Shown here one piece after another: positions 1 to 9,467 of a stretch of DNA of 64,000 bases; positions within the stretch are counted from its first letter, which is position 1, and each line of letters starts with the position of its first letter. The stretch is taken from the NCBI GenBank assembly GCA_963719035.1, contig CAVRAO010000008.1:32001-96000 (forward strand), read 5' to 3'. A program made the translations under genes and the position numbers. The notes under the pieces were generated by a model, which worked only from the letters and a program-made list of their open reading frames with translations, did no database searches and had not been told where the DNA came from. Source of the DNA: Methanobacteriota archaeon (GTDB taxonomy: Archaea; Halobacteriota; Bog-38; Methanoflorentales; Methanoflorentaceae).

Positions 1-1
1 C

Positions 2-436
2 ACGTCGAGAGCGAACAAGGTCGTCGGAGTCACTCATACGACATACGGACACATCCAAGACGTCATGGCCCAAGGCGTCAAGAACGGATCAACTCACTAT
101 GAGATCGGGCAGCAAATCGAGAACAAACTCGACGAACTTTGGAAGGCCGGGGGTGAGACGATCTCAAGGACGGAAGTTAACTCGGCTATGAACGCGGCAA
201 TGCTGGAGGATGCGAGAGCAATGGCTCCAGATTTAAATAAGGTTTGGGCGTGTGCGTTCTTGAACAGCCGTCAAGATCACATGGACGCCGACGGTCAGTC
301 AGTCCCTCAATCAGAGCCTTTCATAGTCGGCGTAGAGGAAATGATGGAACCCGGAGACGATTCAGCTAGCGCCGATCAAATAGTCAATTGTGCTTGCACG
401 ATGTTCTTTGAGCGTCCAGAGGAAGCCCCCGACTAA
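2..436 (+). CDS. Phage head morphogenesis (Mu gpF / SPP1 gp7-like) protein, C-terminal part; 5' end outside window
   Basis: Frame is open from base 2; motifs 'TISRTEVNSA', 'KVW', 'RQDHMDADGQ...EPF...MMEPGD...IVNCAC' typical of phage minor head proteins. Confidence 0.75.
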   Translation, partial: TSRANKVVGVTHTTYGHIQDVMAQGVKNGSTHYEIGQQIENKLDELWKAGGETISRTEVNSAMNAAMLEDARAMAPDLNKVWACAFLNSRQDHMDADGQSVPQSEPFIVGVEEMMEPGDDSASADQIVNCACTMFFERPEEAPD

Positions 437-973
437 GGAGGATAGAAGTAACAACGATCACGACTGATGAACGATTGAACACGGCTCTTGCGACTCTTCG
501 CAAGACCACAATCAAAGAGGTCAGATTCGTTGACTTTCTCGGGAATATAGTCAACTCCTTTTTCTACTTTTGTTTATTTCCAGTGAAAGCGAACTTGTTG
601 AGATTCTTTACCTGCGCATAGAGGTTCAAGTGATTTTGACGTAAAGTCTCTTTCATCTGATCTTTCAAGTCGGCTAAAAAAAACTCCAGTGCTCTCCCGA
701 TATCTAATACCAGAATGAATGCTGCTATGTGGAATGACCTGTAGCCTCACCGAAGCGATTATTCGCTGTACCGTACCGCATCAGCGGGCGGCAGTGCGGC
801 GGCGGCTTAGTTCTAATTCTGTTGTCGAGTGTAATGCTTCTGGTAGGCGGCGGCGTAGTTCCACCGTTCTTCGGCATAGCCGCAGGAGTAATCGCTTTGC
901 TGCTTAATTATCAAACGACATCTCAACACGATCAGCTGTTTGAAATGTCTGTCAAGGCCGGAGGCAATAAATT

Positions 974-1492
974 ATGAAAACTGTCGTCGTCTACGCAAGC
1001 AAGTATGGGTCCACGAAGGGCATAGCGGAGTTCATCGCCGAAAAGCTGCGGCAGCAGGGGACGCAGGCAGACGCCCAAGAAGTCGGCCAGGTCCACAACC
1101 TCGAAGACTACGATGCCTTCGTCATCGGAAGTGCCGTCTACATGGCCCACTGGCTGAAGCAGGCGGCGGAGTTTGTGATGCGAAATCGCGTCGTGTTGGC
1201 CAGTCATCCGGTGTGGTTGTTTAGTAGCGGCCCGCTTGGTACCGAGACCAAGGACGCCCAAGGTCGAGATGTGCTCGTCGCTGCGGCGCCGAAGGAGATC
1301 GCTGAGTTCAAGGTCGCTATCAACCCCCGTGACCATCGAGTCTTCTTCGGAGGGCTGGATGCCAGCAAAGTCGCGTTCGGTGATCGGACGGTCCGAAAGA
1401 TGCCCGCTGCCCGCACGCTTTTTCCCGAGGGCGATTTCCGCAACTGGAACTACATCGATGCTTGGGCCACCGGCATCGCCCGGGCATTTTAG
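974..1492 (+). CDS. Flavodoxin-domain protein (HemG-like)
   Basis: YASKYGSTKGIAE FMN loop, VIGSAVY, WLFSSGP, GDFRNW; SD GGAGG upstream. Confidence 0.85.
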   Translation: MKTVVVYASKYGSTKGIAEFIAEKLRQQGTQADAQEVGQVHNLEDYDAFVIGSAVYMAHWLKQAAEFVMRNRVVLASHPVWLFSSGPLGTETKDAQGRDVLVAAAPKEIAEFKVAINPRDHRVFFGGLDASKVAFGDRTVRKMPAARTLFPEGDFRNWNYIDAWATGIARAF

Positions 1493-1576
1493 CGCTCTCT
1501 TTCTTCTCTTTTTTTAAACATATTTGTAGAGTATGAGAAAGGCTTAATGTAGAGTATGAAGTAGCATAGTATTACA

Positions 1577-2056
1577 ATGGTAGTTTGTCCTACTTGTCAC
1601 CACGAGCATGCAGGCCCGCTTAAAACGTGCCCATCTTGCCGTGACCGAATAGCAGTCTGGAAGCAGAAGCACCAGGGAAAGGACCGCTTGTATAAGCGTA
1701 AGTATGCTGCCAAAAAGCGTGGGCCCGAGGGCTACGATGAGCTTTTTTACAGCACGAGAGGACAGCAGGATAAGTGGGATAAATGGGTAGGACTTGACCC
1801 AGATGAAGTAATACTTTGGACTGGGGCTACGCGTGCAGAACTCTGGGAGGAAGTTGCACACGTAGTCTATGAGGAAAATGTAAGAGATAGATGCTTGGGC
1901 GTTTTAAGTGACACTTTGGCCGGTGTCCGAGCTGACCACCTACAAGCAATGACAGACAAAGGAAAGCAGACGGAGTGCCTTATTAGGATCAAAAAGATAC
2001 AGCTACACCTAACAAACGTGCTACGAGAGAACGGTGTTATTTGGCAGGAGGACTAG
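1577..2056 (+). CDS. Hypothetical protein with N-terminal CxxC..CxxC zinc finger, possibly viral
   Basis: CPTC-x9-CPSC, basic charged region; mobile-element context. Confidence 0.55.
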   Translation: MVVCPTCHHEHAGPLKTCPSCRDRIAVWKQKHQGKDRLYKRKYAAKKRGPEGYDELFYSTRGQQDKWDKWVGLDPDEVILWTGATRAELWEEVAHVVYEENVRDRCLGVLSDTLAGVRADHLQAMTDKGKQTECLIRIKKIQLHLTNVLRENGVIWQED

Positions 2057-2060
2057 CAGT

Positions 2061-2267
2061 ATGCCCAGCAAAGTAAGTTGGATGCACGATAGTGATGACA
2101 GGATGCTAGCACGTTATCAGTACCTTTACAAGAAAGCACTTAAGGTCAAAGCCTTCCAACTGCAGAAAATACAAAGGGCAGAGACTCATGAAGTGTGTGT
2201 CTCTGTGCTATTAAAAGCAGTGGTAATATGCAATCATGCCCTTAAAGAGATGGGCTTTGAAGAGTAG
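2061..2267 (+). CDS. Small hypothetical protein
   Basis: ATG 4 nt after the preceding stop; 68 codons. Confidence 0.4.
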   Translation: MPSKVSWMHDSDDRMLARYQYLYKKALKVKAFQLQKIQRAETHEVCVSVLLKAVVICNHALKEMGFEE

Positions 2268-2668
2268 AAGCAGGCCCCTGAGCAGTTCTTATTGGAAAAA
2301 TAAGCTGTTAAAACGGCACGTTTGCATGCGATTCATGCACGTCCTTGTCGTTAAACTGCAGATTAGATTACTGTTATATTGATGCTAGAATGCTGCTAAA
2401 CGCAGCGCTTACGGACAGCGCCAAAGAGGTAAGCGTGCTGCTGCAAAAACTGGGAGCATTAAAGAAAGCCATCGTCCATACCAGTCCAATGGCCCTAGGC
2501 AGGCTTCTGCCGCACCCGTCTGTAGCAGAATCGTGCTCGCGTTCCCGGCCAGCTAAGTGACGATTGGGAGTGCTAAACTCCCATACCTTCCTTTTTTTCA
2601 CGAGTAATCTTGTTTAAAGTCGCAATCCCCTCAGGATTCCGACCCAAGACCTACATAACAATTATCTG

Positions 2669-2731
2669 TATCCGCTGCCTGAGCACGTGCATGATGTCGA
2701 CATGAAAAACTGGGGAGGCGTGTCTTTTTAA
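2669..2731 (+). pseudogene. Gene-tail remnant (YPLPEHVHDVDMKNWGGVSF*), paralogous to 3734-3859; possibly tyrosine recombinase C-terminus
   Basis: 19/20 nt identity of 2678-2697 with 3797-3816 and in-frame peptide similarity beyond it. Confidence 0.45.
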
Positions 2732-2791
2732 GGCTTGACCCTAGTTGTTAGGTTTTAATGCTGGCTCTGCTGACTGATAATGTGGGAAACC

Positions 2792-3621
2792 TCATGCTTG
2801 CGGAGGGCCTTGCTCAAGCAGCTCTTGTATTCGCTCTTCCGCTGGAACTGACTGTTTCCACAAGATTTCGAACGTAGAGACGAGATACTCAGCATAGACA
2901 GGATCATCGGTCCAAAGAGCTGTCATCGGTGCGTTCAGTGCGGCGCTTGCGGCTATATGAATTGGCATGATACTATGTTTTCGGTCGTACACCACGAACA
3001 TCACGCCATGCCTATCGATATGGCGTACTTCTTCACCTAATCTTAACATCTCACGCACATGGTCGATAAATGTGTATGAGATATCAATTATCGCCCTCAC
3101 TTTGCCTCCCTGCTGAATGAATGCTGCTGCGGCATCGTTAATGCCAAACAAAGAGGCAACGACCGTCGCCAGTCCGGGTGCGGCTATGAGCCATTCCTTC
3201 TTCATCGATTCGATCAGGGGTATTGCGACCGCGACGAGTTCCTTAGTGCTCTTGATGATTTTGAACGTCGTCACCTCATCTGCCGGCCGAAGCCGCTGCT
3301 GCCGTGCCAATTCCTGCAGCTCCCGCTTTCGCACCTCCATCTCGCGGAGTTCGCTCTCGTGCTTCTTCACTGCAGATTCAAGGGCAGTGTCGAGGTCGAC
3401 TGCCGCGTAGACCGTCGGGGCGTCAAGCGACGGATGCACCATACCCTTATCAATGAGGCTCGTGAGCGTGCGGTGTACGTCTTCACGATATGTGTGAAGC
3501 GATTTAGCAAGGGGGAGGGGGTCTTAGGGCCGTACTTGAGCAGGTGAAGGTACGTCTTTGCCTCCTTTTCGCTGAGCCCGAAACCGATCAAACGGCTGGT
3601 GAACTCGTCGTCAATGGTCAT
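2792..3621 (-). pseudogene. TrmB-family transcriptional regulator, frameshifted (or sequencing indel)
   Basis: N-part 'FGLSEKEAKTYLHLLKYGPKTP' and C-part effector domain are joined by one extra base in the G-runs at 3511-3521, giving PLAKSLHTYREDVHRTLTSLIDKGMV. Confidence 0.8.
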
Positions 3622-3733
3622 CTGGTATCACCTCGTACGTGAGCTGAATGATACATATATGTTAGCTTCAAAAAAGAAGAGAAGAGATCAAGCATGCAGT
3701 GTCGGGCGTTACTGTGCTGTACTTCAATGTTTC

Positions 3734-3859
3734 AGGAGCTACATCCTTACACACGGCGTTTCTGAGGTCTATTGGCGATTTTACAAACATCCCCTTCCTG
3801 TGCACGTGCATGATGTTTATATGCAGTATTGGAAAGACGTAGAATTCAAATCAGGTTAG
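3734..3859 (+). pseudogene. Gene-tail remnant (SYILTHGVSEVYWRFYKHPLPVHVHDVYMQYWKDVEF), possibly tyrosine recombinase C-terminus
   Basis: H-x9-Y spacing resembles tyrosine recombinase box II; paralog at 2669-2731. Confidence 0.45.
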
Positions 3860-4010
3860 AGAGCAAATCCTCTAAAAACGCCAGACTTAAAATAGGAGAG
3901 CGTGGCGCAGTGCGGCTGTGGCTACGCGTCTGACTGCTAGTAAAGTAATTCGTATGGAAAAACAAAACGCGAGCCCAGCTACAGCCGGACTCACGTATTG
4001 ACTAGAAGCG

Positions 4011-4661
4011 TTACTGCCGACGTCGTATCACCAAGTACGAAACTGCCAACAGTCCTACTACCGCGTACAACGCCTCAAAGCCTGGCAAGCCGAGGAATCC
4101 TCCGGCCGCCGTGGCTGACGCCGTCGCTGCTGCGGTCGCGTTTGCCGGCGGTATCATAACGCTGTCGATGACGTGAATCACGCCATTTGTCGCATTGATA
4201 TCCGTTTTGGTTATGCTGGCGTTGTCAACTGTGACTACAGTGCTAGTGACGGAGTAAGGCAATGACAGTCCGTTTGCCGTCGTAAGCGTTCCATTGCCCT
4301 TGATATCTTTCGATAACAGCGTCCCCGGCACGACGTGGTAAAGCAGCACTCTCTTAAGGGCGGTCGTGTTATTCGCTAGAGTGGCAAGAGCTGAGCTCGG
4401 GATTTTGTCAAAAGCCGCGTTTGACGGCGCAAACAATGTGTAATTAGCAGTTCCGTTCAACGTGTCTGTAAGGTTAGCAACCTTGAGTAAGCCCACCAGT
4501 GTGGAAAAGTTCGTCTCGCTAGCTGCGGTCTGAATGATGGTCTCTCCGATAGGTGTCGCCGTTGTCGTTTGCGTCTGCGCGAAGGCAACGGTCGATCCTG
4601 CGACGATAGAGAGAATCACTAACGTTGCCAAAACAGCGGAAAAGAGTTTTTTGCTAATCAT
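4011..4661 (-). CDS. Fasciclin (FAS1) surface protein with signal peptide and PGF-CTERM sorting signal
   Basis: YTLFAPSNAAF, LLYHVVPG, NGVIHVIDSV; C-terminus LPGF + TM helix + RRR. Confidence 0.9.
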   Translation of the reverse strand: MISKKLFSAVLATLVILSIVAGSTVAFAQTQTTTATPIGETIIQTAASETNFSTLVGLLKVANLTDTLNGTANYTLFAPSNAAFDKIPSSALATLANNTTALKRVLLYHVVPGTLLSKDIKGNGTLTTANGLSLPYSVTSTVVTVDNASITKTDINATNGVIHVIDSVMIPPANATAAATASATAAGGFLGLPGFEALYAVVGLLAVSYLVIRRRQ

Positions 4662-4966
4662 CTTTCACCTCCAAAATAGAGTTGCGTTGTTTAGGCGCAT
4701 GATTTTCTATATATGCTATACACTTTGCTTTTTTCTACTTTCCGACGTCGTATCGTAAAATTCAAGTCCATTTGAAAAAGTAAATACCCGAAAAAACGTG
4801 ACTAATTCAGCGTTACGACCATATATATTTCCGGTCAATCTTTCAGAGAAAATAGTTCGACTTCTAATTACGTCGTGAACATGATACGGCGGGGCGGCGA
4901 TACTGATCGCAATACGGAACCTTGTCCTTATCGCCGCGCAGCTTGCAACCGTTATACTTCTCGCAC

Positions 4967-5380
4967 CTACGACAATCTGTCATTATATTCTCGCCGCTGT
5001 GCGAGGCTTCGCGCACGATCGTCTACGGTTTTTAGTAACTCGTATTCGGAAGAAAGCATTATCGTCGTAAACGCGCGATGCCCCTCGACGTAATCAGGTA
5101 ATACGGTTCGTTCGCTTTCTGCATCCGCGATAATAACTTTACCAGCGTTAGTATCATATCCGCTAACGATGCGCGAACCGTCCTTAATAATGCGTTCGTT
5201 TGCGCGCTTATCGTCGTCCTCTATATCGCCGTAGTCGCCGCTAAAGTGACGCTTACTCAGCGCGGCGACGTTTATTATACCTCGCTCGCGCGCATTGGCG
5301 ATCCCCGGCGTCACAACTAACACTCCCGGCTCGAAGCGGTCTATATCCATTCCCAGCGTTAACTCGACGCCTTTTCTCAT
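4967..5380 (-). CDS. Plasmid/phage-associated conserved hypothetical protein
   Basis: VVTPG, RHFSGDYGD, ANE, and TTIMLSSEY match a pattern I associate with mobile-element hypotheticals; SD AGGAG before ATG at 5380. Confidence 0.6.
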   Translation of the reverse strand: MRKGVELTLGMDIDRFEPGVLVVTPGIANARERGIINVAALSKRHFSGDYGDIEDDDKRANERIIKDGSRIVSGYDTNAGKVIIADAESERTVLPDYVEGHRAFTTIMLSSEYELLKTVDDRARSLAQRREYNDRLS

Positions 5381-5823
5381 TATTTTTCTGCACTCCTGCG
5401 TTAGTATCACGCCGCCTTATTTAGCCCGCGCACGCTTATACGTTCGCTTATCCCAGTCAGTTATCCATCAATAAGTCGCCAATGGCGTAACGCTGCGAGA
5501 TAATGCCGTCGCTCGCGTTCGTGTTGTAGTAACGCTAAAAGTAAGTCGGTCGTTTCGGCGTCTATTATTGACGTTCATCTTACCGGCATCGTTCATAAAC
5601 ACGCTCCCTGCGATATATCCCTTTTATGTTTATCGTCGGCGTGCAAGCATATCTCGACGCCATGGTTTAGCGGAATGGCGGCTTTCGGATAATTCGCGGC
5701 CAACCTTACCATAAATAGATAATCCAAACAAAGTCCCGATAGGCATTAAAAGAAGTTAGTCAATTGTAGTTCAATAAGATTAATAGATACCACGTAATAA
5801 TTCGAAAAAGGAGATTGTAGAAT

Positions 5824-6321
5824 ATGTCTAAAACCGAAGACTTCTTGAAAGAGGCATTTGCAGGAGAGTCCCAGGCCAACCGCAAATACCAGGCATTTGC
5901 AGCCAAAGCAGATAAAGAGGGATACGCCCAAGCAGCTAAGCTGTTTCGAGCAGCTTCTGAGGCAGAGGCGGTGCATGCCAACAACCATCTGAGAGTAATG
6001 AAAGTCGTCCAGTCCACTCCAGAAAACCTTAAGGCGGCCATCTCTGGCGAGGATCATGAGTATGAGGCCATGTATCCGGAGATGATTGAAACGGCCAGAG
6101 TCGAGAAGCAAAAAGGCGCCGAAATGTCCTTCCACGACGCCAACGAGGTGGAGAAGGTCCATTCTCAGCTTTTTAATAAGCTTCTTGCCAACCAAGGCAA
6201 ATCAACAGAGACCTTCCCCTATTACGTCTGTCCGATCTGCGGGAATACGGTGGAAATGGAGCCGCCGGGAACGTGCCAAGTATGCGGCACTGAAGGGAAG
6301 CTGTTCAAGAGGGTCGATTGA
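5824..6321 (+). CDS. rbr: Rubrerythrin
   Basis: AFAGESQA, EAVHA, EKVH diiron ligands; CPICG..CQVCG rubredoxin domain. Confidence 0.95.
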   Translation: MSKTEDFLKEAFAGESQANRKYQAFAAKADKEGYAQAAKLFRAASEAEAVHANNHLRVMKVVQSTPENLKAAISGEDHEYEAMYPEMIETARVEKQKGAEMSFHDANEVEKVHSQLFNKLLANQGKSTETFPYYVCPICGNTVEMEPPGTCQVCGTEGKLFKRVD

Positions 6322-6469
6322 GCCTTGCCAATTGGCTCGGGAAGGTCCTAGGGGATCTTCCCACTTTTCTTGTGCATGGAATGTGCAGATATTGCCTGAA
6401 ATTACACTGTTTTTATTTTATAGTTGTAGTAATATTAATTCAAAAACAATATTTTAGGAGGCAAGACAA

Positions 6470-6985
6470 ATGATTTCCGCAAAATTGAATCAAGCTATTA
6501 ATGAGCAAATAACTTTTGAATTTTATTCAGCGCACATTTATTTATCAATGGCGGCCTATTGTGCTGCTATTGATCTGCCAGGATTTTCACATTTTTTAAG
6601 AGTGCAATATCGCGAAGAGGTAGATCATGCGATGAAGTTTTTTAATTTTGTAGCTGAAATGGAAGGCAATGTTAAGATTACTGGTTTCCAAGATCCACAA
6701 TCAGATTTTAGCTCTGTTTTAAATGCATTTGAGATAGCATTAAACCATGAAAAAATTGTCACAGGTAGAATTTACGATTTAAAAACTATTGCTATTGAAG
6801 AAAAGAACTATGCAGCTTCAAGCTTCCTTGAGTGGTATGTAAATGAGCAGATAGAGGAGGAATCTAATTTTACGGCCATCGTCAGGCGCTTAAAAATGAT
6901 AGCTCAAGATTCTGCTGCCTTGTTCATGTTAGATAACGAGTTGGCAGCAAGGGTTTATGTTCCACTCCCAGAAGCAAACGTCTAA
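6470..6985 (+). CDS. ftn: Non-heme ferritin
   Basis: NEQITFEFYSAHIY, EEVDHAMKF, HEK, WYVNEQIEEE ferroxidase centre. Confidence 0.95.
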   Translation: MISAKLNQAINEQITFEFYSAHIYLSMAAYCAAIDLPGFSHFLRVQYREEVDHAMKFFNFVAEMEGNVKITGFQDPQSDFSSVLNAFEIALNHEKIVTGRIYDLKTIAIEEKNYAASSFLEWYVNEQIEEESNFTAIVRRLKMIAQDSAALFMLDNELAARVYVPLPEANV

Positions 6986-7144
6986 AAAAATGATCAAAGT
7001 GCATCACCTTAAAGCGCTATGCCTTCGGTGAAACTAGCACATACGTGTAATCTCGCTTGGCAGATTGATTAGAGTGGTACGAAACAAGATTACGCTTTAG
7101 CGTATACAGATTTATTTCGTTCTTGGCACAGAAGGAGGAAGAGT

Positions 7145-7702
7145 ATGGTTGAACCGCGGGAGACTATTGAAATTGTAAATGTAGTTGCGTCCACCGGTAT
7201 AGGACAAGAAATAAACCTCAATCAAGCAACGCTTGCTTTAGAGGGAGCAGATTACGATCCTAAACGGTTTCCGGGCCTTGTCTACCGCACGAAGGACCCG
7301 AAGACCGCTGCACTCATCTTTCGATCGGGAAAAATCGTTTGCACGGGCGCAAAGAGCATCGATGACGTGTATAAGGGTCTGGAAAACGTATTTCAAAGCC
7401 TCAGAAATATCGGGATAGACGTCCAGGGAACGCCGGAGATCAAGGTGCAAAACATCGTGGCGTCCGCGGATCTTCACGCAGTTTTGAACTTAAATGCCAT
7501 TGCGATCGGCCTTGGGCTTGAGAACATTGAGTACGAGCCTGAGCAGTTTCCCGGTCTTGTTTACCGGTTGTCGGAACCTAAAGTGGTCGTTCTTTTGTTC
7601 GGTTCCGGTAAACTGGTTGTCACCGGCGGTCGAAAGCCCGAAGATGCGGCTAATGCGGTCGATCGAATCGTGAAGGAGCTTAAAAGCCTGAGCCTTTTAT
7701 AG
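7145..7702 (+). CDS. tbp: TATA-box binding protein
   Basis: Two repeats NVVAS/NIVAS, FPGLVYR, IFRSGKIVCTG / LFGSGKLVVTG. Confidence 0.98.
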   Translation: MVEPRETIEIVNVVASTGIGQEINLNQATLALEGADYDPKRFPGLVYRTKDPKTAALIFRSGKIVCTGAKSIDDVYKGLENVFQSLRNIGIDVQGTPEIKVQNIVASADLHAVLNLNAIAIGLGLENIEYEPEQFPGLVYRLSEPKVVVLLFGSGKLVVTGGRKPEDAANAVDRIVKELKSLSLL

Positions 7703-7841
7703 GTTACTAGGTCTAGCCGCGGCACTTCACTGGTAGAAGGCATATCCTATGCTGAAAAATGTCATGGGGGATAAAGTAGATTACTTTGTAACCGGGAACA
7801 GCGTAGAATTATGAATGATAATTGGGGTGGCGGGATCTATG

Positions 7842-8109
7842 TTAATTTGTGATGATCGGCGCTTGGCGAATATACTTTGTGTCCTTTACCTGCTGAAGCA
7901 CGAAATCGGCTAAGTCAGCGCGGGGATACACGTCTTCCCAGCTCATTGCGACCCGGATAGCCGGTCTTAACATTTCCTGTCTTCGGCTTATCATCGAGCA
8001 GGAGAACACGCACTAGAGTCCAATCAAGATCCGATGCCCGAATCACTTCAGACCAGCCGACTATGTCTGCATAAGCGTCTGGTGTAGCGGTCTTGACAAA
8101 GGTGATCAT
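7842..8109 (-). pseudogene. C-terminal fragment of an NAD(P)H-binding flavin reductase/BVR-B-like protein
   Basis: SDLDWTLVR, then after an extra base in the run at 7922-7925, RADLADFVLQQVKDTKYIRQAPIITN*; Rossmann N-terminus missing. Confidence 0.7.
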
Positions 8110-8192
8110 TGTCTTAAGATGCCCGGCTGTCTAACAGATGAACTTGATGACGGCTTGCATTATTTCTTCGCGCGGGGCTTGTCGTTACTAAC

Positions 8193-9107
8193 TTAGCTCC
8201 TCCCCGTGAAGATACTTAGATCAATTGCGTTTCCCATTGCCAAATATCCTACCGCGTTCGGATGTAAGCCATCTGACATTACGAGCGCAGGATTTGAATG
8301 CCCTGGATTCGACGGATTGTCTATGACTGCATAAAAATCGATGAGTCCATATCCCTTCGAATTAGCGTACTCGGCTATCCACCCGTTTAAAATATCCCGT
8401 TGTTCGAGGTAAAAACTGCTGGGTGGAACGGTACACAAGACGGGTACAGCTCCGTAAGATTCAACACGCGTGCACATCTCGCGGATGTTCGCCTGCATGG
8501 TTGCAAGCGGTAAGTCACCATTCGCAAGGTCATTGGTGCCCCCTAGTATAACAACAAAATGGGGGTTTAATACAAGGGCCTTGTCTATTCGGGCGAGCAT
8601 ATCTGCCGTTTTATCCCCGCCAACGCCCTGACTGACGACCTGCCAATTCCCGCCAAGCCTTGATTTAAGATGGTACGGCCAGTTGTTAGGGTCCGCAAAC
8701 CCTTCCGTGATTGAATCCCCGACGCAGACTATGCGATGTGCGTACAGCGTGCGCGAGGATGACGGCACTGGAGACGTTGTGGTGTTCCCACCCGTCGGGA
8801 TATGCAGCGCCCCTCCAACAATTACTACAAGGACGAGAAAGGCAATGAGAACAACAACCCCCTTGAACACATGTTTGCTTTTAAGCGAAAATTTGGACGC
8901 ACGTGGTTTATCTAAGCTCTTAATTCGGTCTTTCTTGCCGAGTAGACCGTCAATTTTGGGCTGTCGTTGAGAGCGAGGTTTCGCCCGGGTTGATGGCGCT
9001 AACGTGGAGCTCGTAAGGAGAGACCCACAACTCACACAAAATTTGGCATCTCGTGGCAGAATTGCACCACAGAACTTGCAAGGCTTTTTTTCACCCATCG
9101 TTGTCAC
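8193..9107 (-). CDS. Zinc-ribbon + TM + SGNH/GDSL hydrolase
   Basis: CKFCG..CVSCG, TM helix, GDSIT, GTND, DGLHPN. Confidence 0.9.
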   Translation of the reverse strand: MTTMGEKKPCKFCGAILPRDAKFCVSCGSLLTSSTLAPSTRAKPRSQRQPKIDGLLGKKDRIKSLDKPRASKFSLKSKHVFKGVVVLIAFLVLVVIVGGALHIPTGGNTTTSPVPSSSRTLYAHRIVCVGDSITEGFADPNNWPYHLKSRLGGNWQVVSQGVGGDKTADMLARIDKALVLNPHFVVILGGTNDLANGDLPLATMQANIREMCTRVESYGAVPVLCTVPPSSFYLEQRDILNGWIAEYANSKGYGLIDFYAVIDNPSNPGHSNPALVMSDGLHPNAVGYLAMGNAIDLSIFTGRS

Positions 9108-9121
9108 TTTCGTGCAAGCAA

Positions 9122-9205
9122 CTAACGCACGTTGATGGTGGTGACGCTGCTCGTTTAGGTTGGGTAAGCGCTGTTACCAGCGAAGGTGACGTGGTAGGTG
9201 CGCTG
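9122..9205 (-). pseudogene. Remnant of an Ig-like surface-protein repeat
   Basis: QRTYHVTFAGNSAYPT*TSSVTTINVR* resembles Ig-like repeat end; internal stop. Confidence 0.35.
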
Positions 9206-9467
9206 GACGGTGAAATCTTCAACATGATGCTTGCCTCCGCAGCGATTACTCTAACTACAAGTCCATGTGCAAAAGATAAAGGAGGGCTTATAAGAGTTCC
9301 TATTTCCTAAAAAGGGATCGTCCAAAATCGACGCAGTCATGATAGCAAAGAACAAAACAAAACGTATCAAACTGTCAGCAGGCGCAATTTCAGCATTTAG
9401 AGCTCAACTAGTAGTATATCTCCTCACCTCACGAGGGGCGCTATTCAGCCCAATGACTAGACCAAGT

